The notes: generated by a model from the sequence alone, not told the origin. A stretch of DNA of 64,000 nt from Thermodesulfobacteriota bacterium (GCA_965215275.1 OZ244044.1:1824001-1888000), one strand, 5' to 3'; positions 53,434 to 63,086 are shown, numbered from the stretch's first letter. Numbers and translations are program-made.

Positions 53434-53564
53434 ACTCCTTAAGTGAATCTTTACTTTTCGTATCCATTACCAGAAGACGTGGAGTGAACCCCAGGTAAGC
53501 ATTGAATTAATGTTGAGGTATGATATAGTCTGGGGTTTTTAAGTTATCCGGAGGAATAATATTA

Positions 53565-54374
53565 ATGTCAGATAATCAAGAAAAAACAGCATTCGCTCCC
53601 ATTGGAGAAAAAGAAGTGACCCGTGCTATTGTTGAAGGGTTCGCGAATGAGTTTAATGAATATATTGAAAGCGACGTCATTGTTGTGGGAGCTGGTCCAA
53701 GTGGACTGGTAGCAGCCAAGGATATAGCCAAGAAAAAGTATAAGGTCTTACTTGTGGAAAGAATGAACTATCTAGGTGGAGGTTTCTGGATCGGTGGTTA
53801 TCTGATGAATAAAGTCACCGTCAGAGCCCCTGGACAGATGGTCCTTGATGAAATTGAAGTGCCATACGAAGAGGTCTCAGATGGACTGTTCGTTTCAGAC
53901 GGACCTTACGCCTGCTCTAAATTAATTGCCACGACGTGTGAGGCCGGGGCCAAGATCAGGAACATGACCATGTTCGATGACCTCGTATACAGAGAAAACG
54001 GAAGAGTTGCAGGTATTGTCATAAACTGGACACCGATCGCAAATATGCCAAAAGAGATCACGTGCCTTGACCCAATAGCAATTGAGTCTAAACTGGTAAT
54101 TGATGCAACTGGCCACGATGCCTATCTCGTATCCAGACTTTCTCAACAGGGTCTGTATAATAAACTGCCGGGACACGGTTCTATGTGGGTTGAAAAATCC
54201 GAAGAGGCATTAGTTGAATACACGGGAGAAGTTCATCCCGGCTTAATAGCCTGTGGAATGTCCGTAAACACCACTTATGGCTTACCGAGAATGGGACCCA
54301 CGTTCGGTGGAATGCTCCTGTCAGGAAAGAAAGCCGCCGAAGTAGCGGTCAATATCCTTAAAGAAATGGATTAG
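53565..54374 (+). CDS. thi4: Thi4-family thiazole synthase
   Basis: GAGPSG, GGGFWIGG, CLDP, ATGHD, PRMGPTFGGMLLSG. Confidence 0.93.
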   Translation: MSDNQEKTAFAPIGEKEVTRAIVEGFANEFNEYIESDVIVVGAGPSGLVAAKDIAKKKYKVLLVERMNYLGGGFWIGGYLMNKVTVRAPGQMVLDEIEVPYEEVSDGLFVSDGPYACSKLIATTCEAGAKIRNMTMFDDLVYRENGRVAGIVINWTPIANMPKEITCLDPIAIESKLVIDATGHDAYLVSRLSQQGLYNKLPGHGSMWVEKSEEALVEYTGEVHPGLIACGMSVNTTYGLPRMGPTFGGMLLSGKKAAEVAVNILKEMD

Positions 54375-55132
54375 CGTTCGTTACGAAGCGATCTGCTGCA
54401 TCTATCGCAGACAACTTTTTTACACTGCAGAGCCAGCACTTCTTCCTGCCAGTGCGAATTATAAAGGCAACAGTTCGTGTTCTCGCAGAAAGGGATTCCG
54501 TCGATCCTGTTCTTGATCTGCTGAAGAGCATAGGAGCAAACGATTTCTGTCATCCTGTGATCATCGTAATCAATAAACCTGTCTTTATAGATCTCATCCA
54601 GCTTGTCAGTTTTTTTACCCATGCCGAGAAGGTTGGCCTTTACAAAATAGTATTCCCGCGGCCTCGCCGGTGCCTCAACGATACCAGAAGTGGATATTAA
54701 TGACGGTTCCCCAGTCAGAAGGACCCTTGCATGATATCTTTTATTTTCGTAAGTACCGAACAGCTTGCCGGTTATGGTCAAATGCAAGTGCCTGTCGGAA
54801 AGATCCACGAGCGGATTTTTAAACATATATGAAAACAACCTTCTTTGAAGCCAGTAGCCATCTATAAAATCCTCTCTTACGTCCAGATCGGCACCATTAT
54901 CGATATCTTCTTTACTGATGAGGTCATCCAGAGGCCTTTCCAGATCTCTTATTTTTATGGTTTTTATATAGTCATCAAGATCATGCAGTTCTCTCTTATC
55001 TAATCTCAGATAGTTAAAAAAATCACCCCTGTTAATTACCTGAAAATCGAAACCGTTTAAAAGGAAGGCTTTTAACTTATCTACGTTGAAGGACTTTGAC
55101 GGTCTGTCAGTATAAAGGAATACCTTAATCAT
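54371..55132 (-). CDS. Hypothetical protein, DUF6775-like putative metallopeptidase
   Basis: RYHAR, ISTSGIVEAPARPREYY, CCLYNSHWQEE, C-terminal Cys cluster. Confidence 0.6.
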   Translation of the reverse strand: MIKVFLYTDRPSKSFNVDKLKAFLLNGFDFQVINRGDFFNYLRLDKRELHDLDDYIKTIKIRDLERPLDDLISKEDIDNGADLDVREDFIDGYWLQRRLFSYMFKNPLVDLSDRHLHLTITGKLFGTYENKRYHARVLLTGEPSLISTSGIVEAPARPREYYFVKANLLGMGKKTDKLDEIYKDRFIDYDDHRMTEIVCSYALQQIKNRIDGIPFCENTNCCLYNSHWQEEVLALQCKKVVCDRCSRSLRNER

Positions 55133-55586
55133 TAAGCTCAGCTATTATTTCCACCTCAACCGGGGAATTCATAGGAAGCCCCGGTACGCCCGTTACGGCT
55201 CTGGCATGTACGCCCTTTCTGCCAAATACCTCATAATACAAGTCAGAAGCACCATTTATTACACTTGCCTGATCATAAAAACCCTTTGAACATGCAACGT
55301 AACCGGTAACCTTGACTATCTGCTCAACCCTGCTTAAATCACCTGTTTCATCTTTTATTATGCTCAAAGAATTGATCGCACATTGCCTTGAAGCTTTTAT
55401 TGCCTGCTCCAGTGACACATCAGAACCAACTTTGCCTTCAAAAAGCAACTTCCCGTCCTTGATCGGTAGCTGACCTGATATGAAAAGCAGATTACCCGAA
55501 ACAACAGATGGTCTGTAAGAACCAAGAGGTCTGGGAGAGGCGTCCAGAACAATTCCAAGTGATTTCAGTTTTTTTTCAATGCTCAT
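55125..55586 (-). CDS. RidA/YjgF family protein
   Basis: FISGQLP, NGASDL, HARAV, PVEVE. Confidence 0.92.
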   Translation of the reverse strand: MSIEKKLKSLGIVLDASPRPLGSYRPSVVSGNLLFISGQLPIKDGKLLFEGKVGSDVSLEQAIKASRQCAINSLSIIKDETGDLSRVEQIVKVTGYVACSKGFYDQASVINGASDLYYEVFGRKGVHARAVTGVPGLPMNSPVEVEIIAELND

Positions 55587-55657
55587 GACAGATCAACTCT
55601 CGTATTTAAGTAAAACATAAATAACACTGCTTTTTCTCTTAAGTAACAAAAGAACGT

Positions 55658-56875
55658 TTATATTGGATCTTTCAGGAGATGGTCCCAGTATTTATAAACC
55701 AGATTGTTCGAGTAAGCCTTCAGCACATAGTCCCTGATATTTGAAAACAACCTGTTGTTCGAATAAACAAGTTTACTCATCATCCTTGATTGATTCTGGA
55801 CTTTATTAACTCTCGGTCTTCTTCTTAACTCGTATTGCTTAAGTGCATGGGAAATGTACCTGGAATCAGCTCTGCACAGTTCCTCAGCTATTACTGCCGC
55901 CGACTCCATTGCCATGGACACTCCAGCTCCCGCGTTAGGAAGAACTGCGTGAGCAGAATCTCCAACCAGAACCACTCTGTTATTGTGCCAGCTGTCCATT
56001 TGAAGGTCGTTATAGGAATCAAAATATATATCTTCAGGATCTGAAAGATGTTTAAGCATCTCAGGCACTATACCACCGAAGTCCTTGAAGCATTCCTTAA
56101 TTCTGTCGATCCTGGTATCTGGATCATCCTCATTATCTTCTACCATCTTGACACTTGTAAATACTGAAAGCCTGCCCTTCGTCGGCCAAACGCCAATGAA
56201 CTTACCTTTCCCCCAGTATTCCACTATACCGTCAGATTTTGAAATATAGGGGTCCACCCAGAATCCCCATCCTGACATTCCGCTGTACGTCAATGGAACG
56301 TCCCCAAAGACCTGGCTTCTTGTTCTGGACCTGATCCCGTCACACCCGATCACCAGATCATATTCTTCAGATACGCCACCATTGAAGTGAACCTCTACAA
56401 CGTCCCTACCCTGCTCTATTTTCTCAACGGTCGAGTTCATATTAAGGACTTCAGGATCAACTGCCTTTACAAGCGTGTCTATGAGTTCAGGTCTGTATAT
56501 GCTTATTATCGGACCATATTTTTCAATAACAGGGTCTATGGTGTAAGTCTTTATCATCTCCCCTTTGTAATTTGACACATAATAACTGGTGAACTGGCAA
56601 CCTTCTTCAAGTAAACGTTCATAGATACCAAGCCCTTTAAGAACTCTGCTTCCCGAAGGCCAGATCACTATTACATAGCCAGCCTTTCCATATTCAGGAG
56701 TTCTCTCCACCAACTTGGGAGCAAACCCTCTTCGTTGAAGCAGTCCAGCAAGAGTTAATCCTGCAACCCCACCTCCTATGATGAGTATCTTCATGTCAGG
56801 ACCATACCTCACTCCCCTATTTGAACCGGTCTTACCTGTGCCGCTGTTCTGCATAACAAAACAATTATACCACAT
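55658..56875 (-). CDS. FAD-dependent monooxygenase (true start probably further downstream)
   Basis: IIGGGVAGL, GCDGIRS, LVGDSAH, GAGVSMAME. Confidence 0.9.
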   Translation of the reverse strand: MWYNCFVMQNSGTGKTGSNRGVRYGPDMKILIIGGGVAGLTLAGLLQRRGFAPKLVERTPEYGKAGYVIVIWPSGSRVLKGLGIYERLLEEGCQFTSYYVSNYKGEMIKTYTIDPVIEKYGPIISIYRPELIDTLVKAVDPEVLNMNSTVEKIEQGRDVVEVHFNGGVSEEYDLVIGCDGIRSRTRSQVFGDVPLTYSGMSGWGFWVDPYISKSDGIVEYWGKGKFIGVWPTKGRLSVFTSVKMVEDNEDDPDTRIDRIKECFKDFGGIVPEMLKHLSDPEDIYFDSYNDLQMDSWHNNRVVLVGDSAHAVLPNAGAGVSMAMESAAVIAEELCRADSRYISHALKQYELRRRPRVNKVQNQSRMMSKLVYSNNRLFSNIRDYVLKAYSNNLVYKYWDHLLKDPI

Positions 56876-56942
56876 GAGATCGACTTTCCTCTAACCACAA
56901 CTGACTTTTTCCTTTGTAAATACCGTGATAAAATACTCCATT

Positions 56943-57485
56943 ATGTCTTCTGTACTGGAGATCGTCGAACTTGGAAATCCAATACTCAGAGAAACAGCAA
57001 AAGAGGTTAATAATATTGATGCCCCTGAGATCCAAGAGTTGATCGACCATATGATGCTTACAGTTAAAAAAGTTAACGGCGTAGGTCTGGCTGCCCCACA
57101 GGTCAATAAAAATTTGAGAATTTTTGTAATGTCACCTGGTCCAAACCCAAGATATCCGGATGCTCCTTACATGGCACCACAGGAAATAATAAATCCTCAC
57201 ATAACGAAAAAGTCAGCAGATACAGAAAGTATTGAATGGGAAGGTTGTCTCAGCATACCCGGCATACGCGGTCTTGTCCCAAGGCACAGGGAAATACAGG
57301 TAAGGTATTTAAACAGACACGGAGAGGAAAAATTTGATATTTTCAGTGATTTTATTGCCCGGATCTTTCAACATGAACTCGATCATCTGAATGGTCTGGT
57401 TTTTCTGGACAGGATTAGAAGTAACAAGGATATCATTACAGAAAGTGAGTACATTAAACTTATTAAAACAAGAGAACGACAATGA
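56943..57485 (+). CDS. def: Peptide deformylase
   Basis: GVGLAAPQ, EGCLS, QHELDHLNG. Confidence 0.97.
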   Translation: MSSVLEIVELGNPILRETAKEVNNIDAPEIQELIDHMMLTVKKVNGVGLAAPQVNKNLRIFVMSPGPNPRYPDAPYMAPQEIINPHITKKSADTESIEWEGCLSIPGIRGLVPRHREIQVRYLNRHGEEKFDIFSDFIARIFQHELDHLNGLVFLDRIRSNKDIITESEYIKLIKTRERQ

Positions 57486-57658
57486 AAGACAAAAACCGAC
57501 ATTATGCACTTCTCAGCAAGTTACTGCCTAAAAAACCTTGCTTCTGATCAAGTATTGCTGGAATTTCAGAAATATAACGTCACTGGTTTACTGAACGAGA
57601 ATAAAAACTATCTATTTAAGTTGAGAATAATTGATAATCATATAAAATTGAGTTCTAT

Positions 57659-58987
57659 ATGAGTGACTACCCTCCCGGATTAGATTCCGCAATCAATCAT
57701 AATTTTTTTGATGCAGTATTTCAGAGAAGGTCCCGAAGGTTCGGGCTCGGCATGGAGATAGAAAAAGGGCCCCTTAAATATAGATCGAAGCACGAACCTT
57801 TTCCTCTCAGTGAACTTGAAGAGGCAATAATCGTCTGGACAGGATTAGGAATTAAGAATATAAACCTCTCTGATTTTCCTCCTCATGTAGGACTTGATCT
57901 CGAGATGCAGTTTACAAGTAAAACTATTCCTGCACTTGGAGATGTTCACAGAACTGAACTTTTTTATACCAACGACAACGGCCTGTACATGGTCAAAATG
58001 CACGACAAACTTGCTCATGAATTTGAAGGCTTAGAGAAAATGACAAGGTCCCGGAGAATTGACAAAATACTTGAACTATTTAAAGAATCACGAATAAAAC
58101 TCCAGGATGGAAGAGCTGATCTGCCAACTCAGCCACCGGGAATTGCGGCACACAACCTCTGGAACGTCAATAAGCCTGGTACCACGCTTTTCATGCCAGT
58201 AACGGACCTTTCTGCTTGTATTATTAATTTGTACTTTTTCTATATGAGAGCTGACCACAGATTTAACTTTGTGGACGAACTTCATGGATTAAGACATCCG
58301 GGAACTTCCGAATGGATAAAAAGAGGCTTAATTGACGAAGGTAAAAGAATGCCGCTCGTTGAAGCGGAACTGCGATTTGCCAATGGATATATAGCCGAGC
58401 AGGCATTTATGGGACAGAACATGGTGCTTACCCTGCAAACACTTGGACTTGGAGGATGGCTGTTCAGTGGATTTGCCAGCATGTTCATGCTTGGAGGAAC
58501 TCCGTTCAATAAAGGACTTGGATTCAGATTTATAACCCCTGATATAAAAGGAAACACAGGAAATCCAAATCCAGTGGCAGTTGGCAGAGACGACCTGTTC
58601 CATTCATTCTGCCCACCTTACTACAAGGACATGAATGAAGCCGTTGAAGCTTTCAATGATCTAAAGTGGACTAACTGGGAATCGCATCCAATGCCTTATA
58701 AAAATCCCGAAGCAGTTATAAAGGATATTGAAAGACCTTCCAGGGAAGAAATACAGATCGTTAAGGACATCTGCAGCTATATCTACGACACTTATGGCAG
58801 ATTTCCAGCTTTCTCTGACCCTATGTTTCTACGGTTCATGGTTCAGGCACATCATCTTGATCTCGATTTTTACGATAAATTTTATCCTCCCGGAGCATAC
58901 ACCGAAACGCACAAAGATCATTTCAAACTCTGGCACCCTGAAGTTAAAGACCCCTTTTCGGGTGATAATATAGAACAAAGCAACTAA
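57659..58987 (+). CDS. Hypothetical protein, possibly nitroreductase-like fold
   Basis: QRRSRRF near the N-terminus and QNMVLTLQTLGLGGW resemble nitroreductase motifs. Confidence 0.6.
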   Translation: MSDYPPGLDSAINHNFFDAVFQRRSRRFGLGMEIEKGPLKYRSKHEPFPLSELEEAIIVWTGLGIKNINLSDFPPHVGLDLEMQFTSKTIPALGDVHRTELFYTNDNGLYMVKMHDKLAHEFEGLEKMTRSRRIDKILELFKESRIKLQDGRADLPTQPPGIAAHNLWNVNKPGTTLFMPVTDLSACIINLYFFYMRADHRFNFVDELHGLRHPGTSEWIKRGLIDEGKRMPLVEAELRFANGYIAEQAFMGQNMVLTLQTLGLGGWLFSGFASMFMLGGTPFNKGLGFRFITPDIKGNTGNPNPVAVGRDDLFHSFCPPYYKDMNEAVEAFNDLKWTNWESHPMPYKNPEAVIKDIERPSREEIQIVKDICSYIYDTYGRFPAFSDPMFLRFMVQAHHLDLDFYDKFYPPGAYTETHKDHFKLWHPEVKDPFSGDNIEQSN

Positions 58988-59799
58988 AGCCCTTGTTCAT
59001 AATCCTTTACTATCCTGCTCACCGTCGAGTAGTGTAGTGAAAAATGATCAGCCAGCTGTTTAAGTGTGTAATCACCACTCAGATATGCTCTTGCAATTGC
59101 GATCTCTTTTGAATCCGATGAACTTACATATTGCTGAATTAAAGCAGACCTCTGTACCTTTGGTATTTCCGTTATATTTTTTTCCTTATCTATATACCTC
59201 TGCACATCATTTATAAACTTCTCATCTCCCAGGAAAACCTGTTTTGTTACCTGATTCAAAATATCTTCCTTTGAACCCACTTTGTCTGAAAATTCTGCTC
59301 TCACGTCATTAAAAAGTCCATTCACATAATTTTTATCAAACCAGTCTGGACATTCTTCTTTATCAAACATGTACTTACAACTGCTCCATTTAAACTGATG
59401 AGGCAACCTTACAAATCCTGATCCCACAGGACAAAATAAAATATATTTAATTAAATCTGCAAGGTACTTATCTTTCTGGATCAGAACTGATTCATACCGG
59501 CCTCGAAAAACGTGTCCATCCCTTCCATGCCTTCTGTTAAAGTTCTGTGTATAAATACCGTTTAACTGTCTCATCCCCTTGGACAGAGTGGGCTTTGGCG
59601 TTTCAATAACTACCATGTACTTATAGCTCATAAGACAATAGGAATAGCAAATCCAGCCAAATCTGCTGCAAACATTCTTAAAAACTTCTAACCATGCTTT
59701 AGCGTCTTCCGACCCCAGGAATATTTCCTGCGAAGCATTACCCTTTGAAGTAATAAAATAAACAGCACCGGGAAACTCTATTCTTAATGGACGTGCCAT
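58984..59799 (-). CDS. RAYT-like Y1 tyrosine transposase homolog with C-terminal HTH; HUH motif degenerate
   Basis: MARPLRIEFPGAVY, YTQNFNRRH, GHVFRGRY, WSS; YCLMSYKYM in place of YCLMxNHxH. Confidence 0.85.
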   Translation of the reverse strand: MARPLRIEFPGAVYFITSKGNASQEIFLGSEDAKAWLEVFKNVCSRFGWICYSYCLMSYKYMVVIETPKPTLSKGMRQLNGIYTQNFNRRHGRDGHVFRGRYESVLIQKDKYLADLIKYILFCPVGSGFVRLPHQFKWSSCKYMFDKEECPDWFDKNYVNGLFNDVRAEFSDKVGSKEDILNQVTKQVFLGDEKFINDVQRYIDKEKNITEIPKVQRSALIQQYVSSSDSKEIAIARAYLSGDYTLKQLADHFSLHYSTVSRIVKDYEQGL

Positions 59800-59941
59800 A
59801 GGTCTATATTAACCAATAATGTATTTAACAGAAAGACTTGACCCCTAATATACCACACATTTATAATTATGAACATGATTATAATACTGTTCTGCATTCG
59901 ACAGATAACACACCATAGTACAGATAAATAAGTGTCTTTTT

Positions 59942-61207
59942 TTAGAAATTTGAAATATTCAGATTAAATGCAATAAGGTTATCATTAAGAAAATCAAGGT
60001 CTTTAGGCAGTATATCCGTGTCAAGCTCCTGAAGGTCTCCCCATCTATTTGCGAACTGAAGTGCCTCCCTTGTATTTCCTCTGCTAAAGATCTCCATCAT
60101 CTTCTCACATAATTCATCTATATCATCAGACAGACGTTCGAAATCAATAAAATGAACGTTATTTCTTTTAATTTTTATTGCTCCGCTATCCAGAAAGTAT
60201 TTATAAGCCAGATAAGCTGAACCTCCATCGGTATATTTTAGGAAGTTTCCTCTTCTCATGTACCTGAAAGCCTCGGCAAGAAATACCATAAAAACGATCT
60301 CTAGTTCACTCTTATCAAGCAGCTTTTCATAGTTGTTCTTAAGTATATGTAGAGACACGATATCTGATTTCAGTTCATGCAGGACGTAATAAATTCTTCT
60401 ATTGTCCCGCATATTATCAACAAAATTATCCTCTCCGAAGAAATGACCGAGATCATGCCCTCTGAGCCAGAAAATAAGAATTCTGTTCAACGTTTGCTGA
60501 CTTATATTCCCCAGATCATAAAAGTTCTCTATAAATTTACTGCCGAGTCTCTCGGATATGATTTTGTATCTTTTATAATAGACGTTAGTAAATAACACCA
60601 CATGAAACTGCGACAATGATGGCTTTGATCGGTAACCGGAGTAAAAAATTGATATAGGCTTATAGTACTTATTGAACTCTCCTCCAAATGCAATAACATC
60701 AATGCAGGTAATTTCAGACTTGTTTTTCAAAAAAAACTCTCTGCTCTTATCTGCAATGAAAGGAAATCTTAAATATGCATTCTCGGCAATTTTATCGTAT
60801 CTTTGAAGTAACCTGACAGACTCTTCGTTTTTAATTCCAAAAGCCCCTCCAAACCTTTTTCTATAATTGTTCTCAGGAGAAAAAACTTTTCCAAATACGA
60901 GACCCAAAGACATTGATGGATAGTTTATTAACTCAATATCAAACGTTCCAGCGGCAATCTTATCAAGCTTGTGACCTAACTTTACTTGGTCACTCTTATC
61001 AATTCCTTCTATTCCATCTCTTATTGTCTCAATTATTTTTCCGTAGTAATAATCTTCCCAGTTCAGAGATTGTCTGTCCTGTTTGCCCAGTTCGTTCAGA
61101 ATATTAAGATAGCCCAATACGCGGTAGAGAGAACTCAAGGTCCTTTGATTGAGGTTATCAAGGTTGTAGTTAAAGGTTACATTGGAGGTCAGTTTGTAAC
61201 TATTCAT
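59942..61207 (-). CDS. Hypothetical protein, possibly peptidase M49-like
   Basis: GHDLGH followed by LHELKSDI, resembling HExxH...EExKAD. Confidence 0.5.
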   Translation of the reverse strand: MNSYKLTSNVTFNYNLDNLNQRTLSSLYRVLGYLNILNELGKQDRQSLNWEDYYYGKIIETIRDGIEGIDKSDQVKLGHKLDKIAAGTFDIELINYPSMSLGLVFGKVFSPENNYRKRFGGAFGIKNEESVRLLQRYDKIAENAYLRFPFIADKSREFFLKNKSEITCIDVIAFGGEFNKYYKPISIFYSGYRSKPSLSQFHVVLFTNVYYKRYKIISERLGSKFIENFYDLGNISQQTLNRILIFWLRGHDLGHFFGEDNFVDNMRDNRRIYYVLHELKSDIVSLHILKNNYEKLLDKSELEIVFMVFLAEAFRYMRRGNFLKYTDGGSAYLAYKYFLDSGAIKIKRNNVHFIDFERLSDDIDELCEKMMEIFSRGNTREALQFANRWGDLQELDTDILPKDLDFLNDNLIAFNLNISNF

Positions 61208-61804
61208 CAGATGATTATATGAAAACTGGTTTATAGGAAAAGAAAACTCATCCGCAGAATGTAGCTATATACCAGTTCTTTTCAACAAACTAATAATTAA
61301 TATAAAAAACCAAGCTATAAACTTTCTAGGCTTGCCATTAATAAGGATATATAGATCTTTTCCATTGAAAACATACACTATTTGACGTCATTCTTCCAGC
61401 AATGACCGATAGGCATGTTACTTGAAAAATTAGTTTTTTTTCAACGCCTTTAAAGGAATCACATCACCATGTTTTTATGTGAGACATTACTTCCGTTCAT
61501 CGTTTGGCATTGGAGTCACAATTGCTGTTATTCGTATCTTGGCCTTCAACATCATTCGTTCGTCAAGTTCAAGACTAGGCAAAAACTGCTTCGACCTTCA
61601 TGAAAATGTATTGAAGTTCAGATAAAAAAGACCTGTGGAAGAGGTAGCATAAGGCGTTATCGGCAATGACTTGCTTGCAAAAATTCAGAAATGAGCTATA
61701 ATATTTTTTTCTCATCATTAAACGATTCATATAAAATACTATCTATATTAAACTGATATTTTAGTTATGTTTTTACCATTTATTATCACTTTGAATGAAT
61801 AACT

Positions 61805-62515
61805 ATGCTTCACCTTATTCGTACGTGTTTCAGTATTGTTCTAAAAGCAATATATTATTGTGTAAAAGGAATGTATTGCCCAGTATGCGAAAGATCATCC
61901 AGAGAGTTTATTCCTATTAATAATAGAAAAAATGTTAAATGCCCAATATGCGGTTCCCGTGAAAGGCATCGCTTTTTATATTTTTTCCTTTTAAACATAT
62001 ATCTTACCCCCCCCCTTCCATCCGTAAAAGTGCTTCATATTGCCCCAGAGGTGTGCCTTGCACAAAAGTTAAAGGAAAAGTTTGGTAAAGGGTACTTGTC
62101 CGCTGGTCTAAGTGACCGAGACGTGATGGTAGAAATGGATATAACTAACATCAAATATCCAGACCGGTCTTTTGACCTGATCATTTGCAGTCATGTACTG
62201 GAACATATTCAGGATGATAAAAAAGCTATAAGCGAACTATACAGAGTACTAAAGGATAACAGCATGGCTATAATACTATTTCCGATCTCAACTCAAAAAA
62301 CATTTGAGGACCCATCAATAACCGACCCTGAAGAACGCTTCACAACCTTTGGTCAACATAATTATGTTCGGATATGCGGAAAAGATTATATAGACAGAAT
62401 ACGCGATGCTGGATTTCACGTGGAAACTGTTACACAAGATATACTTTTTTCGGATACGGAGATTATAAAATTTGGAATACCTAAGGGAACACGGATTTTT
62501 TTAGCACAAAAATAA
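61805..62515 (+). CDS. Class I SAM-dependent methyltransferase with N-terminal Zn ribbon (in frame through a C9 tract)
   Basis: CPVC/CPIC, VLHIAPE, DLIICSHVLEHI; C9 at 62007-62015. Confidence 0.9.
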   Translation: MLHLIRTCFSIVLKAIYYCVKGMYCPVCERSSREFIPINNRKNVKCPICGSRERHRFLYFFLLNIYLTPPLPSVKVLHIAPEVCLAQKLKEKFGKGYLSAGLSDRDVMVEMDITNIKYPDRSFDLIICSHVLEHIQDDKKAISELYRVLKDNSMAIILFPISTQKTFEDPSITDPEERFTTFGQHNYVRICGKDYIDRIRDAGFHVETVTQDILFSDTEIIKFGIPKGTRIFLAQK

Positions 62516-62778
62516 CATGCCAAGTGAGACTTTTCACCATAAGATCTGGCAGTCTCTTTTCCAAATTTTCTTTGAATTAAATCCAAAATACAACAACGAC
62601 ATTGGGACTACGACCCTTACCCTTGTATTTACTAGACTTCTGGCACTCCTCCAGTTTCGTAAGGTCTTCGGTTTCGGCGTAGTCTGGAAATGCTAAATCA
62701 GATTTATAACTTTAAGAGAAGACTGGTCTATAGAAATGAAAGGATCTGTGGAAGAGGTAGCATATTTAATTAATCAGT

Positions 62779-62807
62779 TTGGCAAGTAAATAGCAATTAG
62801 TTATATT
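62779..62807 (+). promoter_or_regulatory. Sigma70-like promoter directly upstream of the orphan omegaRNA-like scaffold
   Basis: TTGGCA-17nt-TATATT; scaffold homology starts 11 nt later. Confidence 0.5.
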
Positions 62808-62813
62808 AAAACT

Positions 62814-62978
62814 AATGAATATTCTTATATAAAGGAAACTTTATATGGGGTGGGACAGCTAAAATGGGGAATAACGCTCCCGATGGTTGCTAATAATATT
62901 TAAAACAGAAGGGAATTGAGGGACTCTGTACTCATAACGATATAGGTAGATTTTTGTCAACTCTCCCATATAATTCCC
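62814..62978 (+). ncRNA. Stand-alone omegaRNA-like scaffold ending in the tnpB-element terminal repeat
   Basis: Collinear homology to the reverse complement of 10243-10398; compensatory stem changes; TIR at 62954-62978 matches 21/25; no tnpB ORF upstream. Confidence 0.68.
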
Positions 62979-63086
62979 TTTCTATGGAAGAGGTAATGGA
63001 TGCTATATTTGTTAAACAAAAGGCTATTATCAAGGCAAGAAAACTTAAAAATAAATTAAAAGTTAATGATAACAAGTAGTTAGAGC

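Noticed and set aside
53434..53564. TPP riboswitch upstream of thi4
   Set aside because: There is an AACCCCAG/CTGGGGTT inverted pair, but the CTGAGA and ACCTGA core motifs are absent.
58984..59799. Y1 transposase as the TnpA partner of tnpB
   Set aside because: It is RAYT-like, 47 kb away and lacks the HUH histidines. HUH transposition would not create TIRs or an 8-bp TSD.
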